A DNA stretch of 64,000 nt, taken from assembly GCF_036321535.1 (NCBI RefSeq), contig NC_087437.1, forward strand, positions 48,982,001-49,046,000, read 5' to 3'. Numbering within the stretch: the stretch's first letter is position 1; each line of letters begins with the position of its first letter. The translations under genes and the position numbers were made by a program. The notes beneath the pieces are model-generated. The model worked only from the letters and a program-made list of their open reading frames with translations. It had not been told where the DNA came from and did no database searches. Below are positions 38,500-52,272 of the stretch, in pieces. The stretch is from Camelus dromedarius. Its lineage: Eukaryota.

Positions 38500-39900
38500 T
38501 CCACTTACTGAATAAACAGTTGTTTAGTGCTTACTCTCCCTGCTCTCTGTCAGAAATAATTTTAGGTGCTGGGTAAATAACAGTAGCCAAAATGGACAGT
38601 ATTTCTGACTTCGTGCAGCTTATATTCTGGTAAAGGAGAAGATGCTGAATAATAAACATGACATACAACTAAGGATTATATAATAGTTTAAAGTGGTATG
38701 TGCTATGGAGAAAAGAAATAAAATAAAACATGCTCCTGTGGGGAGTCCCATTTTTGGTCCCAAGTTAAAATAAGAAATTAGAGTTTTTGATGTTATCGTA
38801 TCATGTGAAAAATCCCAATAGATTGCCTAGCTATAATCATCAGTACTGTGGAGAAATTTACAGGATGTAATTCAAAGGTTTTGGTGAGTAATAGAGATTG
38901 AGACAGAAGGACCAATGAGCATGGACCTGGAATTTGTTGCTTGAGAAACTTAGTGTCACTTTTTACCAAGATAGAAAAGGGAAAAAAAAATGCATGTTTG
39001 CTCCTTCTCTCCCCTCCCCTTCTCCCTCTTCTTCCCTTCTCTCCCTCCCTCCCTCCCTCTCTCACACTCCTTCTCTCCCTCCCTCCTTCTCTCCCTCCCT
39101 CTCTCACTTGTTTCTCTCATTCCCTGCAGGGTTGTGGAAGACCACAAGGTTAGTTTTTAACATACTGAACTTGAGCTGGCTTTAGGCCTGGAGCTGGAGA
39201 GTGGATTTGGGAGTCATTAGCATACAGGTCATAGGTGATCTTGAAGAGAGAGATGTGACCAGAGACTGTGTGGAGGAGAGGATCACAGCAAGAGTCTTTC
39301 AGGGATGAGGGAGAATCCTTCATGAATGGTGGTGGAGCCAGGAACACAGAACTAGAGGGACTGGAGAATCAGGGTAGTGGTCAGAGTCTAAGAAGTCAGA
39401 GAGAGTTTCAAGAAGGATGAGTTAGGGAGTTAATAGTGAGTAAATCAAAGGAGAGAACTACTGCTTTCCTGAATGAGGCATAGAGAAAGAAGATGAAGAG
39501 GATCAATTAAGGAACCTCTAGAAACTGTATATTATATTTTCAGGACTCTGTGTGACCTTAGGAAAGGGCTGGAAGGTCTATAATGTATCAAGGAGAAAAC
39601 AGACCCATATTGATTGACTGTGAAGCACAAAGGAAAGGAAAGATCCAAATATGTTGTCAATATTTTGGGGCTGGGCACCTAGAGTAACACATGAGAAGTA
39701 AGGAGGGGGAGCTGTTTTCTTCTGTGGGAAAGGGCAAATAGGGATATTTTAGATATGTTGATTTGAGGATTACTGTGCCATAGCCTAATAGAAATGTCCT
39801 GTAGTCTACCTGAAATATGGTATTAGTTTGGGTAGAAGGCTAGGGTTAGAAATGGAAATTTTAAATATCACCCACAGAGAAGTGGTTATAAGAGGGGTTC
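38500..39900 (-). mobile_element. Degraded L2 fragments
   Basis: ttactgaataaacagttgtttagtgc; ggatttgggagtcattagcata; gatatgttgatttgagg. Confidence 0.55.
39001..39110. repeat. Polypyrimidine (CCCT/CT)n low-complexity tract
   Basis: ctccttctctcccctcccct...ctccctccctctctc. Confidence 0.9.
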
Positions 39901-40199
39901 CCTGTAGTTCTGAAAAGAAGAGCACATGTTTTAGACCTTGAGTCAATTTAACTTGTCTCCTTTAGGGAAGCTTAGTTATATATCACATGTCATTACTCCA
40001 ATTCTGTATCACTGGAATGATTCTCTTACATCCTGAGCTTCAGTAAGGGGTGGTTGTGTTGATGGCAGGGAAAAGCATGTTAAGAAGACAAAAATGAGTT
40101 TGAAACTCCCAAGCAGAAGGTTTTCCCAGAACTTGGCTGTCATTCGTTTACAAAGAGCACATAACCAGTGTTACTGTCTTTCAATCTAAGTGATCATTC

Positions 40200-40292
40200 T
40201 TTTTTTTTTTTGCATAATTTTTTTTATTGAAGTATATTCAGTTTACAGTGTTGTGTCAGTTTCTGGTGTACACCATAATGCTGTCCACATAC
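40200..40292 (-). mobile_element. Short L1 3' end with poly(A)
   Basis: T-tract followed by tattgaagtatattcagtttacagtgttgtgtcagtttctggtgtac. Confidence 0.75.
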
Positions 40293-40630
40293 CAGCCTGG
40301 CTCCCTTTCAAGGCATGTTGACACATACAGTATCTTTCAGCAAATTAATAAAAGATGTTCCCTCTAGGCAGATGAGTTATGAAACGACACCCCTACCTCC
40401 CAGCTATTGAAGTCCAACCCCAGCACATACCACTTGGCCAGCATGACTCCAGGCTAGATTTTGCCTGTTTGCCCCCTCTGGCATCTGGGTGAAGTGTACA
40501 AATTGTACAGCTGATTGAACATAGCAGTCCCCTTCCTCTTCCTTTTGTTTCATTTCGTTTGTTTCATTTCGATCAGTTGATGATAAAAGAATTGGGGAGA
40601 TATTTTCAGGAAGCAACATTTTCATATTCT

Positions 40631-41183
40631 TTAAAAAAATTGTGGTGAAATATACATAAAATTTACCATTTTAACCATTTTTAAGTGTAAAGTTCAGTGG
40701 CTTTAGGTACAATTTACATTGCTCTGTGACCATCATGACCATCCATGTCCAGGACTTTTTTTTATCTTGCATAACTGAAACTCTGTTCCCATTGAACAGT
40801 ACTCCAAATTCCCCCCCATCCCCACAGCCTCTGGCAACTGCTCTATGTGTCTATGAATTTGACTACTCTAGGTAGCTCATATCTGGAATCGCACAGTTTT
40901 TTTGTGTGTCTGGCTTATTTCACTTAGCGTAATATATTTAAGGTTCATCCATGTTGTAGTATGTATCAGAATTTCTTTTTTAAAGCTGAATAAAATTCCG
41001 TTGAATGTGTATACCATGTTTTGTTTATCCATTCATCTGTTGATGGCCTTGGGCTGCTTCCACCTTTTTGGCTATTGTGAATAATGTTGCTATGAATATG
41101 AGTGTACATATATCTGTTCAAGTCCAAGCTGTCAGTTCTTTTGGATCTACATCCAGAAGTGGGATTGCTGGATCATATGGAAC
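40631..41183 (-). mobile_element. L1MA/L1MB-type 3' end
   Basis: aattgtggtgaaatatacataaaatttaccattttaacc...gggattgctggatcatatgg. TSD core tttcatattct at 40620 and 41184. Confidence 0.88.
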
Positions 41184-42109
41184 TTTCATATTCTAGAACT
41201 TTGCTTTTTACTATCTGGAGTTTCTTGAAAAGTCTAGCCCTTAGCTTTGACATTTTTTTCTTGCAACAAAGGCATAATACACATGCAACTCATATACTGG
41301 GTAATCTGTATTTAGTTCTCTTTTCTTCACCTTCAACTATGCTCTGTCATGTTCCTGGCTGTTAATACTATCTTGGGAGAGCTCATAACTTTCCAGTCAC
41401 TTTTAGTTACTAAAGATTAGTACACCCAGTGAAACACTCTAGGGTCCCCACCTTCCCTGCCTTTCCCTCAGCCCCTAGTTCAAGCTTGCCTGAGGGCCTA
41501 GCAGGGGTAGGAGGTAAAGTCCGCTCTTACATGTACCTCCCTTCCTATCCTCAGTTCCAGCTCCCAGACAGGAGAGTAAGAGTGGGGGAAAGGGACACGT
41601 GCCTACCTCTTGGCCTTTACTCCCCTTTTCTAGACATTCTCACCGAGTCCTTTCCTTGGCTGCAGCTTCAAGTCTCTATATTTAGTGTCCCCTGAAATTG
41701 ACTTGTCCTCTGCCCCTGACTGAGTGGATCCAAACTGTTTGTGTTGCACATGACCTGTGTATGTTGGTATGCATGTATCTTCCCAAGCTCATCCCTGAGT
41801 CATTTTGCTGGACTCCTCTGTTGTCAGTTGCCTTTGGTAATCCATATACTGATAGCTTCTTGGGGCAGGGACTTTTGTGGATTTGTTACGCTTGGATTTT
41901 ACTTGTTTACATTTTAGAGTTTAAGCCTAGTAATTTCCAGTTGGGGAAGCACATCTCATTTCCAGATCTTAGTGCTAAGCCCTGAAGTGAACTTTGGCAT
42001 AGATTCTAGTTTTCCCATTAGCCTGGCCTAGCTCCAATAAGTACTGATGCTGCTTGGTGTTCCTCCTAGTTCTCCTCCTCCTTCATAAACTAACTTATGA
42101 AAATAAGAC

Positions 42110-42900
42110 TTTAAAATTTTTTAATTTACATAAAAATTTAAAAATATAAAAAGAAAATAAATATCACTTGAAATTACAGTATCCAGGAATAAATACTGTT
42201 GCCACATATTCATGTATTTATATATAAAATATATATATATATATATGTATTTGAGATCACATAATATATAGTTTTATATCCTTAAGTTTTTCACTTAGTA
42301 TGTTTTCCCATGTTATTGTGTCATTATGATTTATAATGGGCATATTACGTTCTATTGTATTTATTTATTACAATTTAGTTAATAATTTTCCAGATTTGAA
42401 GCATTTGTAATAATAATAATATATAATACTTAATTTAGTACTTCCTATGTGCTAGCCACACCTTTAATGCTTTACATATATTAATTCATGTAATTTTCAT
42501 AACACACTTTTGAGATTCCCATTTTACAGATTAGAAAACTGAAACACAGAGAGGTTAATAAGCAAACCCATAAGATTGTAATTGGAAGCTGGTGAGTTTA
42601 ATTGGACCTCAGCTAGTCTGGCTCCAGAACTTGAAGTCCCACCACTATACTATTACTGCCTGACGCAGTGTATGATAAGTATCTTTATGGGGGAAAAAAA
42701 AACCCTTCATTTGCATTTCTGATAGTTTCTACTGGAAAGATTCCTAGAAAAGGAATAACTGGCTCAACAGTTATAAAGACTTTCAAACTCTTGAATGCTG
42801 TCCAGTTACCCTCTGGAAGATTCACCCAGTTTGCATTCGTACCAATAGTGTAATTTACATTTACACCAATAGCTTGCCTGTGCACTGACTTCTACCAATG
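42110..42900 (-). mobile_element. L1ME-type 3' end interrupted by a MIR (~42415-42655)
   Basis: ttcctagaaaaggaataactggctcaa (L1ME); cccattttacagattagaaaactga (MIR). Confidence 0.65.
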
Positions 42901-45236
42901 TTGTTTAATTCCTCTTTTATAATCTTGAATTTAGGATCTCTCTGAATGGTTAAAATAATTGAAGGATTAGGGCTACCTTGAAAACAAAGAAAGTATAATT
43001 TTTATACAAATAGTATGCCTTAGATAATACTATAACCTTGTTTTATTTATCTATACATAAATGACCTTCTTTATGTCATCACTATTATGTGTGTGAGTGT
43101 GTACTCACATTGCTTATGCCCACGATTTGGAGTTTATCACATCTGTTGAGGGTGCCTTTCAAAATGTAGCCTTATTTTTGACAACTGCTGTCACAGGTGA
43201 TATGGTATTTTCTCAAGCTTTTGGGCAGTTGGAAGTCCTTTTACATTAATAATCTTGTACTGTTCTTTGGCTTAAAAAATAGCACAGTAAAAATATATCC
43301 TGCTCACATGTATTTTTACTTTGCATTAGCTTTAGGTAATGTGCGGAAAGTGTTACATGCATATCTGCATTTCCAGGTAATAGTAACCTTTGGTAACCCA
43401 AGTTTTATCTCTGGAACATAAATTCTCTACTACCATCCTGAATTCAAGGAACACTAAGACCAGCAGGCAGAAATCCCCAATTTTTTTTTTAAGTTGAAAT
43501 TCCATGGAAGTATAACAGGGAAGAAAAATTTAGCAATTGTAGTGATTTGGACAACTTCAATTGGGAATCCAGATGATTCCTTGTGATTGGATGAAAATCA
43601 ATCACCTGTCCTTCACTAGTTCTTTGGATTCGTATTTTATCATCACTATTTTCTGAAAAAAATTTCCATCGAATCACATGTTTCACTACACTGCATTAAG
43701 ATTCTCTGTCTTTTAGTCACAGGTACAGCTTAGTCTTCAAAATGCTTTAGAATCTAAGAAGTAAATGCGGGAGAGGCTGGTAACCTGGAGCAAATAACAA
43801 ACGCACATTCTACTGTGTAGTATCTTGAAGCCTGTGTTGCTTGTGATTCTTTTTAGTTTTTATTTTTAAGTGTGACTCTTGGTCGAAGCTTTGTCTCAAA
43901 CACAATGCTATTGCTAATAGTGAATGAAATGACTGGAGCTGTGCTGAGGAAAAAAAAAGCTGAAGGATTTAAAGCAGACCACTGCAAACCAAACATTGCA
44001 ATTATCTGCGGCTGAAAACAAGTAGCTTTTAATGTGTCCATTTGGCCAAGAAGAGAGAGGAGAATTATAGACCATTGCTCTTGCCTCTCTCTCTCATACT
44101 CTGTCTTCTTTATATAGTTTATCACCCATAATTTCAGGATGTATTTTGCTTCTTTAAGCTGTTTTATCTGTAGGCTTATGAGGTCACTCATGTGTGAATT
44201 CCTTTGTTAGTCATCTCACCTTTTGCCTTGATGATAGAAAATTGATCAGGCCTAAAGTACAAGTTCAATAGACAACCCCCTTGGTCCTTTGTCTAGGAGA
44301 ATAGCTACCATTGAAGGCCATGAGCAGGTTGCTATTAATATGACAGCCTGCTCTATCTCCCACTGTAATTTATAATGAAATACCTAATCTCCATTATTTT
44401 GATCCAAGCAGGCGATCCCATGAAAAAGTCTTTTCATCCAGTTCCCAATGGCTGTTACATGAGAAATGGCAAACCAATAATTTTTGTCAAGTTTTTTAAG
44501 CCAACAGAAATGCTTTTCCACTGCTACAGTTTCAAAAGGCACAGATAAAGCTCATTCACTGAGATGAATGAAAAAGCCATCTGGGGTTTTTCTTTTTGAC
44601 TTCCTTTCCTTTTCTCCATCCTTGTAATCAAATTTGAGCAAAATCAAATGGGGCTTTCTATGAAAGTACCTTTTGTTGATCTGAACGAGCTGGTAATTTA
44701 CAAAATACCCTTCCTTTGTGAGGAAGGCTAAAGAAAAAAAGAATCAGTAGCTTTTAAAGCTGGGCCTTAGTGGGACTCTAAATGCAATGAAAGCAGTCTG
44801 TGTTGAGAGATTGAAATGCATTTCAAAGCCAGGCCTGACTCCGTACGAGGAAGAACAGACCTATGTGCATTTTGTAGGAAGAAAAATGTGAATGGAAAAG
44901 GAAGAAAGGGAGAGAAACAGGGGGAAAATCTGGATAATACATTAAAGTAACCATAATTTTGGAGATGCATTCGTCTTACCAAAATTGTGAACGTAACCAG
45001 TGATGCCGAAGTCGGACATTTACTCAGTCAGGATGCTCAACAATTTTAGCCTTTAAAGTTTGGAGCTGCATGGGTTAGTGGAGAAAGTCGCCTCGTGATG
45101 TGTGTGATGTTTTTCTCCAACTTTTTCTTTTTCTTCTTTGCTCTGGGATCCTGTGGGAAGTACCTCAAGAAAACCTGAAGATGCTAATTTTCAAACAACT
45201 AATATTTGCTGTTTTTTTCCTCCTTTTGCTTGCTAG

Positions 45237-45304
45237 ATTTCCTCGTGGCAGTGATTCTTCCCCCTCTTTGGATTCAGAAGGATGGCATAGATATCTTAAA
45301 AACA
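45237..45304 (+). other. Candidate 68-nt internal exon
   Basis: Branch-point-like actaat (~45199), polypyrimidine tract gtttttttcctccttttgcttgcTAG, donor aca|GTAAGT. Two frames are open. Confidence 0.45.
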
Positions 45305-47354
45305 GTAAGTAATGTGTGATATTTTCTTTTAATAGTTAATCATAGTAAAGCTGAATTTTGGTTATTGGAGGCGTCTGCAATCATCATGCATGTCTAGAAG
45401 GAAGATAGGCTTTGTGTAGCATTTGCATTATTTGATGTGAATTACTTTAGGTTCGATTTAACTGTTTATCACAGTATTACTATTGTGCTAATCAGCATCT
45501 TTTTCACTACTGCTTTACCCTGTATATTCTGTGATAGCTAAGTCCTGCATTCTTAGTACAACAGTTCAAGAAACAATGCAAAAATGCAGGGAGTTGTCTT
45601 TGGAGATGTTCTGTTTTCCTGTTTCATGTACCACACAGTTTTCCTCACATATTTACAGTTTTGATTCCTATCAACCATATTTTCTAAGGACCTTTCTACT
45701 TGTGCTTGAAATAAAATCCTTGTGTAAATTACATGAGCTAATTTCTTCAACATAAATATCCATAGAGAGGCAAGAGTTGTTTTAATAATATAAACCAATC
45801 AAACAGTTCAGAGGCTTCATTTCTTATAATCTAATCAAGCATTATAACCCAAATAATAAAACTTTGTTTAGAGATATTATCACCTTTTAAGAAAAGTGAA
45901 AAGTCTATTTTCAGTTTCCTAAAAATGAGATAGGCATGTGTTATCTAAAGAGGTGATACTTTAGAGTACCAGTCACAAGTAATTTTTAAACGTAAGTGCC
46001 ACATTGGCAATTTTAAGTAACGATGATGCGTGTTTTAAATACGTAAATACCTTAAATCAGAATGAAGCAACCTGGGGAAGAATCAGTTCTAATGTCTCCT
46101 TGATGGTTTGAATAGTATCTGCATTAGTGCAGGCACCTGAGAATTCCATGTAGGCAGCCATCAGACCTTTCTTTCTGGAGCCAAGAAACAAATTTAAGTG
46201 AAACCAAGACCTATGTTATTTAATCCTCAAGGTAACTGTCAGAGTTTTTTAGAGATGCTGAAATGAGGAATTAGATCCAGACAGTTTCACAAAGGTCTCT
46301 AAAAGGGCCAAACTCTTTACCCTTCTATTCCTCTTAGAAGTCTAAATTCCTGGAAGTTTGTGATTAAGATGAAATCTGTTTTCTCTGCTTTTGCAGCTTT
46401 ACGTCTCTTTTCCAACTTCCTACGAATTTATCTTTGCCTGTGGTTTTGAGCCATTTGCTGCCTCCTAATGCCTAACTTTAAAATAGCACACGTGGCAAAC
46501 GGCCAAGAAGGTGGCAATGGGGTACTAGTTTGTATTGGTGTTGAAGTTCCAAGGTTGTTGTTACCCATAATTTACAACAGTTGCTACAAAACAGATGATT
46601 AACACCTGAGAGGTGGTGTGCTTCTTGATGGATCTAAGTGTGGTTTCTTCCTGTGAAAACAGGTTGGACTGTTGTGTTATCTACGTGGACATGATGTTCT
46701 AGACCATCTGTACTGTGCTGCTGTAATCATTGCGTACAATCTTAGATTGACAGAGAAGCATAATTTAAAAGAGCTTTTGTTTGAGAGATATAATTAATTA
46801 TACCTGTTATACAGATTTTTTTCTCATACTATTGATTTCATTCCCTTTCATATAAATTAAGCTTGTTTTTAAATTAAGATTGTTGCTATTTTTTTTAGTT
46901 CTTAAAAGAGAAACTTTATTATTTAGGTACATCGTCATTTTATTGCTAACCCAAATTAGCACCTGAGCAGTAATACCTTGTCTTTTGCTTGCTAATTTCA
47001 TGTCTAGTCACTCTTGTAAGCATTTTGCAAAATTTCTATGTTATCTTTAAGTACTTCTGGTAAGAACTGGAGGTAATTTGTCTTGATGTAGTTGTAAAGA
47101 ATCTCTGTAAAAAATTGTTAAGAAATAGGTAATTAGGCTGGAAAATCAGCCAATATTCCTGCTTGCTTGGTTTATCAAGGATTGATGGCTCCAGAGCTCT
47201 TGTTAGTGGAGGAGTGTTTCCTCTTTCCCTAAACATAGGTATAAACATTATTCAGTAAGCACTTTCATTTTGGGGAACTGGAAAGCTAGATATTCCCAGC
47301 TAACCACTGGGGCAAGGAGAACTTCTCCAATCTTTTGCTTACAGGCCTTCTATT

Positions 47355-47566
47355 CCTGGATATAACAACCTATGTGCTATACAGTTTACTCTTTGCTGAG
47401 CCAGAACAAAAACAATGGCAAACAAACAAGAAACCACTTCTGGAAAGTTTAGAAATCCACCTGGATATAACAACTGATGTGCTATATACACTTTACTCTT
47501 TGCTGAGCCAGAACAAAAACAATGGCAAACAAACAAAAAACCACTTCTGGAAAGTTTAGAAATCCA
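47355..47566. repeat. Tandem duplication, 105 + 107 bp
   Basis: cctggatataacaac...ggaaagtttagaaatcca at 47355 and 47460, with few differences. Confidence 0.95.
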
Positions 47567-48689
47567 GATCTTTGTTTTGTCTTCAGAAGTTTTCAGAGGA
47601 AAGGAAAAGGGCACCCATTTGGCTAGACTCCCAAGCATCTGAAATTAATGTTCAAGTTTTCTTTTCCTTTATATAAAATTAAAACTTCCCTGGGCTTTGC
47701 ACCAAGAGCTGGGTGCTACCTTTCCATTACCGTGATAGTATTGAAGTTTCAGTGTTTTCGTGGACTAGCAGTGGAAGCCAAAGGTGGAGATGATTCTATA
47801 AAGCCCTGAACCTTCCAGGGTGGGGGCCCTGGCACCTGCGTCAACTCTGCCAGTAGAAGCTGTATCTGAAATTGCTTTTTTATAGTCTTCAGCAAGATCA
47901 AATAAATATGCCTATGATTTGATGTACTGACAAGCTATAGATTGCCTGACTAAACAGAGTGTGTTAAGTAGTAGCATTCTCTTTCCTAATGCAGGAAAGG
48001 AGTTGGCCTGGTTTTAATTCCAGTTTTGTTAGTGAATATGGGCTGATCACCAGCATCTTTGGGCCTTGCTTACCTCGGGTGTCAAATGGGAACGTTATCT
48101 GTTGCTTGTTTCTTTTCTTGCCTCCTATGGACTGCTCAGACTCTTTGGCACGAATATGATGGTTGGGTCTGCTCAGCTTAGTTGGTGATGACATAATAAC
48201 AAATAAGATAAGACTGAGTTTCCACAGACAATTCTTCACTGCTAATTTTAGATGGGAGCCAACTTTAGATGACAAAGGGAACGAGGCAAAAGGGTATGGG
48301 ACAGATTTTAATGAATGCCAAGGTCATTCCAATTATTGGTCAAACAATCCCATGAAATCATAAGCATGGTAGCAACAGTATTTAAGGTGAAAGAAAACGT
48401 ATGAATTCTCATTGTGTCCTCAAATTCACTATGGGGAAACCGGGAGCATAATAGACAGAAAATCTCTATTTACATAACACCACTTTGGTGCAGGTTGCAA
48501 TACAACAAAATAGATATCAATAATGACTGCATAATTATGAATAAAGAAAGTACAATTTAATCTAGACTCAGGAAAGAAAAGAATAACATGCATATGAAAG
48601 ATATACTTTTTTTTTTTTAGGGTCACAGACTTGGCTCAGGGTTTGTAGTAGCTACCACCAACAAAAATGGGAAAAAAAAATCATCAAAA

Positions 48690-48890
48690 AGGTAGCTTCC
48701 ATACAGTGAGCATTTTGTACATATTAACCCTAATCCTCACAACAGCCCCAAAGCCTGCTGTCATTACCCTCATTTTGTAGTGGAGATAATACAGGATCAG
48801 AGAGATTCAGTGACCAGCCTTTGGTTACACAGGCAGCATGTGACTATGTGGATTAAACCCTGGTCTCTCTGATTCTTACAGCCTGGGCTT
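48690..48890 (-). mobile_element. MIR
   Basis: taatcctcacaacagccc...cctcattttgtag...ggttacacag. Confidence 0.65.
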
Positions 48891-51639
48891 TCCTGGGGGT
48901 AACGCGGATGTCAGCTGTCCCTGCAGACTCTGACACGTGCATTACCTCTTTCTGTTTTTGTCCAAGGTCATCCCATAGCCACGGACCTCAGCTTTTCATT
49001 ATACTCTCTAATAGAATCCTCTTTCACAGAAGAGTGGGTGAGCAATGCAGATTTCACTGAGAAAGAGAAGAGAGGGCTAGTTTACTTTGCATATCCCACA
49101 TCAAACCACTTGAACATCTCTACCGAACATTCTGGTTTATGAAGTGCCTTCTTAGTTTGCCAACACTGGAGATTCTTCTCTTTGATCCTTCCCTCGTACG
49201 CTATGCAGCTTCTCTAGCTGTATCTTCTATTCCTATATCCCCCTTTCTCTTGCCATATTTAAATTACTCACACCTGTATTATGCAGATGCACTAGGTTTT
49301 GCCCACCTCCTAAAACTAAACCTGCATATCTAAGCCCAGTGCTCTGCTTAGCACACTCCCAAAAGCCTTTCTGGTAACAGTTCTTACTCTACTTAATACT
49401 AGTGAGAATTATATAACAATTGAAAAAAAAATCCCACTCTACGTTTTCCGTTAGGAAAAAATAGACCAGTGTCTTAGCTTGTCAGGCATTTAGTTCTGAA
49501 AGAATATTCTTCAGTGGGGCTTCAAGGAGGATGAAGAAGACAGTGTCTGCATCAATAGACATAATAGGGATTTCATACACTTTTGCTTGTAGCTCCCCCT
49601 GCAGATGAGTCCAGGGTCCTATAGCAAAACAGAATATGCTAATTTGTCTGGGGCTTTGAACTGAAGGTTGAAGATTGAGGAAACGGTGAAGGATGAGAAA
49701 TGAAATAAAGGAGGGAGAAACAACTTATCTAGTGATATAATGCTAGAAATGAATTTGAGTCTCCTTTTTCAGTTATGTTCCATAAATTCCATTGCACACT
49801 GCTATAGGAAACTGTATTCTTAATTTACATATTAAATAAGCAATGCCAAGTTTACTTACATGATAATAGAATGCTCATGCCTAGAAAGAGGCCACTGACG
49901 CTGAAACTGTCTGCGGCTTTAACATCACAAAGGTTTAAACTTGTGATAATACATTAAAGCATGTGAGGGCTTTTATCAGCTTCTGTGTACTCCTTTTAGA
50001 AATTTTGAAGAAAGTAGTACCTGAATCAGCTATAATGGCTCAACACATATAATTTGTTTGGAATTTGGGGCATGGAGTGAAAATTGAGAAACATTTTACA
50101 AAACATTTTGAAAACCCAAATTTAGAAAGCTTTCAGCGAGTCTTTTGCCTACATACCAGTATATTTTCTGCATAGGTTTTCTTTTAAGTTACTCAGTTCT
50201 TTGCTTCTGCTTTTTGCCTTAAGCAGTTGATGTTACAAGGTTCTTGGAGCTTGAACTTGATTGTCAGCAGCGTTGCTCTTTTAGGAGAGGATGTCCAATC
50301 TTTCAGCCATCCAAAACTGCCTATGTTGTCATAGCTCTAATGAGTATGTCCTTCAAGACTGCATTAGAGGCTAAAAGTAAATGCCTTTTGGTGTTTGTAG
50401 ACTCCTTATTAAGTGCTCTGAAACCGATATGAAAGATTGTAATTTTTATCCTCCCACTAAGACAGTTATACAAGGAGATTTAATCATGTGAAATTCATTT
50501 CATTTGAAGGATATTCTCTTAACAAATATATGCTAGTTCAGTGGGATAAAAGTACATGGGTATAGTGACAAAAATGTGCTGTGAAGAAACACCCTAAAGC
50601 TGTTTTCAATTTTTTTTTTCATAAACTGAAGCAAGGGCAAAGTACTTTATCCTTTAGTTTAGCATCGTAACAGTTAAAGATAGGGGCAAGCAGGACACAC
50701 AGAAATGAAGACGTGATCAGAAGGAAAGTTAAGGCTTCCCCTCAGCTTCTGCTGTGCAAAAAGTCTGAATTCAGCTATGGGCTATGCATGAAATCAGGAT
50801 TTCTCTTGTTTTTTGGGGAAGCCAGATCTGGAAATAAGGCCCTTTAAACGCATAGCAGACCCTCTTCTCAACTTTGTTTGGATGACTTCCCCAAAGCAAC
50901 TTGGAAAATTGTTCTTTATTGGACTTCTAGATATGGCCAAGGAGATGGTCACTTGTATTTCTTTATAAAAAATTTCAAGATGGGTAAGTTACTTTTCTGG
51001 CCTCCAGGGAAAAAATGTTCAGCTGCTCAGAGGAATAGCACAATCCATGATCAATACAGAAAAAACAGGGAGAAAAGAAGAAAGGGGAAAGGGTTAGAAG
51101 TATGAAGGGAGGGTAGAGGACAGAGGATGAGGGAGAGAAAGGGAAAATTCCAGAGGATCAAAAATGTTTAAAGACTTTCTAACCTACAGTCACACAATTT
51201 TAGAGCTACACTCTGCCTTAGAGAGCTTCTAACACTGGGGTTATCAACTGGGAAGAAGGAGGGGAAGGGTAACCCCTAAACCCTAGGGGCAGTGGGATCT
51301 TGAGATTGCCGTATATTGTTTCAAAAACCCTATGAACATATTTAGTATTATAGTATAATTTATATTTGAGAAATTCAACAAAGACTAGTTTTTAATAATT
51401 TAAACATCAGAAACTAATGCTTCACAGAATCATCTTGGTCTCATGTCTGATGATCTGGTTGATCTGATGAGTTATTTTCAGCCTGCAGAAACTTCTGGGT
51501 GAAAGGTGGGCAGCTGTATCGGAGAGTGTTTGGTACTGGGGAAGAGCATAGATTTTACATATTGATAGAAAGGAGGGCATAGGATAAAAGAGGTTAAGAA
51601 TCACTTATCTAGGCCAAGAAGAGAAAGCTTGGGAGCTAT

Positions 51640-52060
51640 TGTTCATTCAACAAATATCCATTGAGCATGCTACTGGATTTGACACTCAGGTGAGGAGGTC
51701 TAGTGGAGAACTGGATATGTAAATATGGAGCTCAGGTGAGTTCTGGGCTCCAGACAAAAACATAAGACCATCTTTCAACAGAAATGTCAAGTAAGTTAAG
51801 GACCAAGAAGGACACACTGTATTTAGCAACAAAGAGATTATGATTGACTTTGTGAGAGCATTTTGGTTAGAGGGGTGACATGGAAGCCAGACTGTGGTGG
51901 GCTGAGAAGAGAGTGGGAAGTATGAGAGAGGAGACTTCATCTCTGGACAATCATTTTGGGTAGCTTCCCTGGGGAAGGGAAGAAAGGGCTAGGGTTAAAG
52001 CTGGAGTGGAACTTGGGCATTAAGGGGGAGCTTTTTTAGATGGAAGATAATTAAATGCAA
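51640..52060 (-). mobile_element. L2 fragments
   Basis: ttcattcaacaaatatccattgagcat; antisense RT-like tgactttgtgagagcattttgg. Confidence 0.6.
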
Positions 52061-52272
52061 AGTATTTTAATACATATGAAACAGTTAAACAAATATCAAT
52101 TCACTGAATGTTCATTGAAAATGTATTATGAAGTAGAATAGAGTGTTTGCAAACTAGGTCACACAATAGGGCCAATCACTAATGATAATAATAGCCTGGA
52201 AATATTAATGGCTCAGCAAAGTGGTATAAACAGTGCTATGCAGATTAAAATGTCAAAGATAAAAAGTTATTC

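Noticed and set aside
43489..43686. Minus-strand ORF or 47-nt exon candidate (tttttttcag...cag|gtgatt)
   Set aside because: Weak donor, no recognisable peptide, and opposite to the inferred host strand.
47355..47566. CRISPR-like or other spacer array
   Set aside because: Simple two-copy head-to-tail duplication without spacers, in a mammalian genome.
48184..48217. C/D-box snoRNA-like motifs (gtgatga...ctga)
   Set aside because: Boxes are only ~35 nt apart with no terminal stem; expected by chance.
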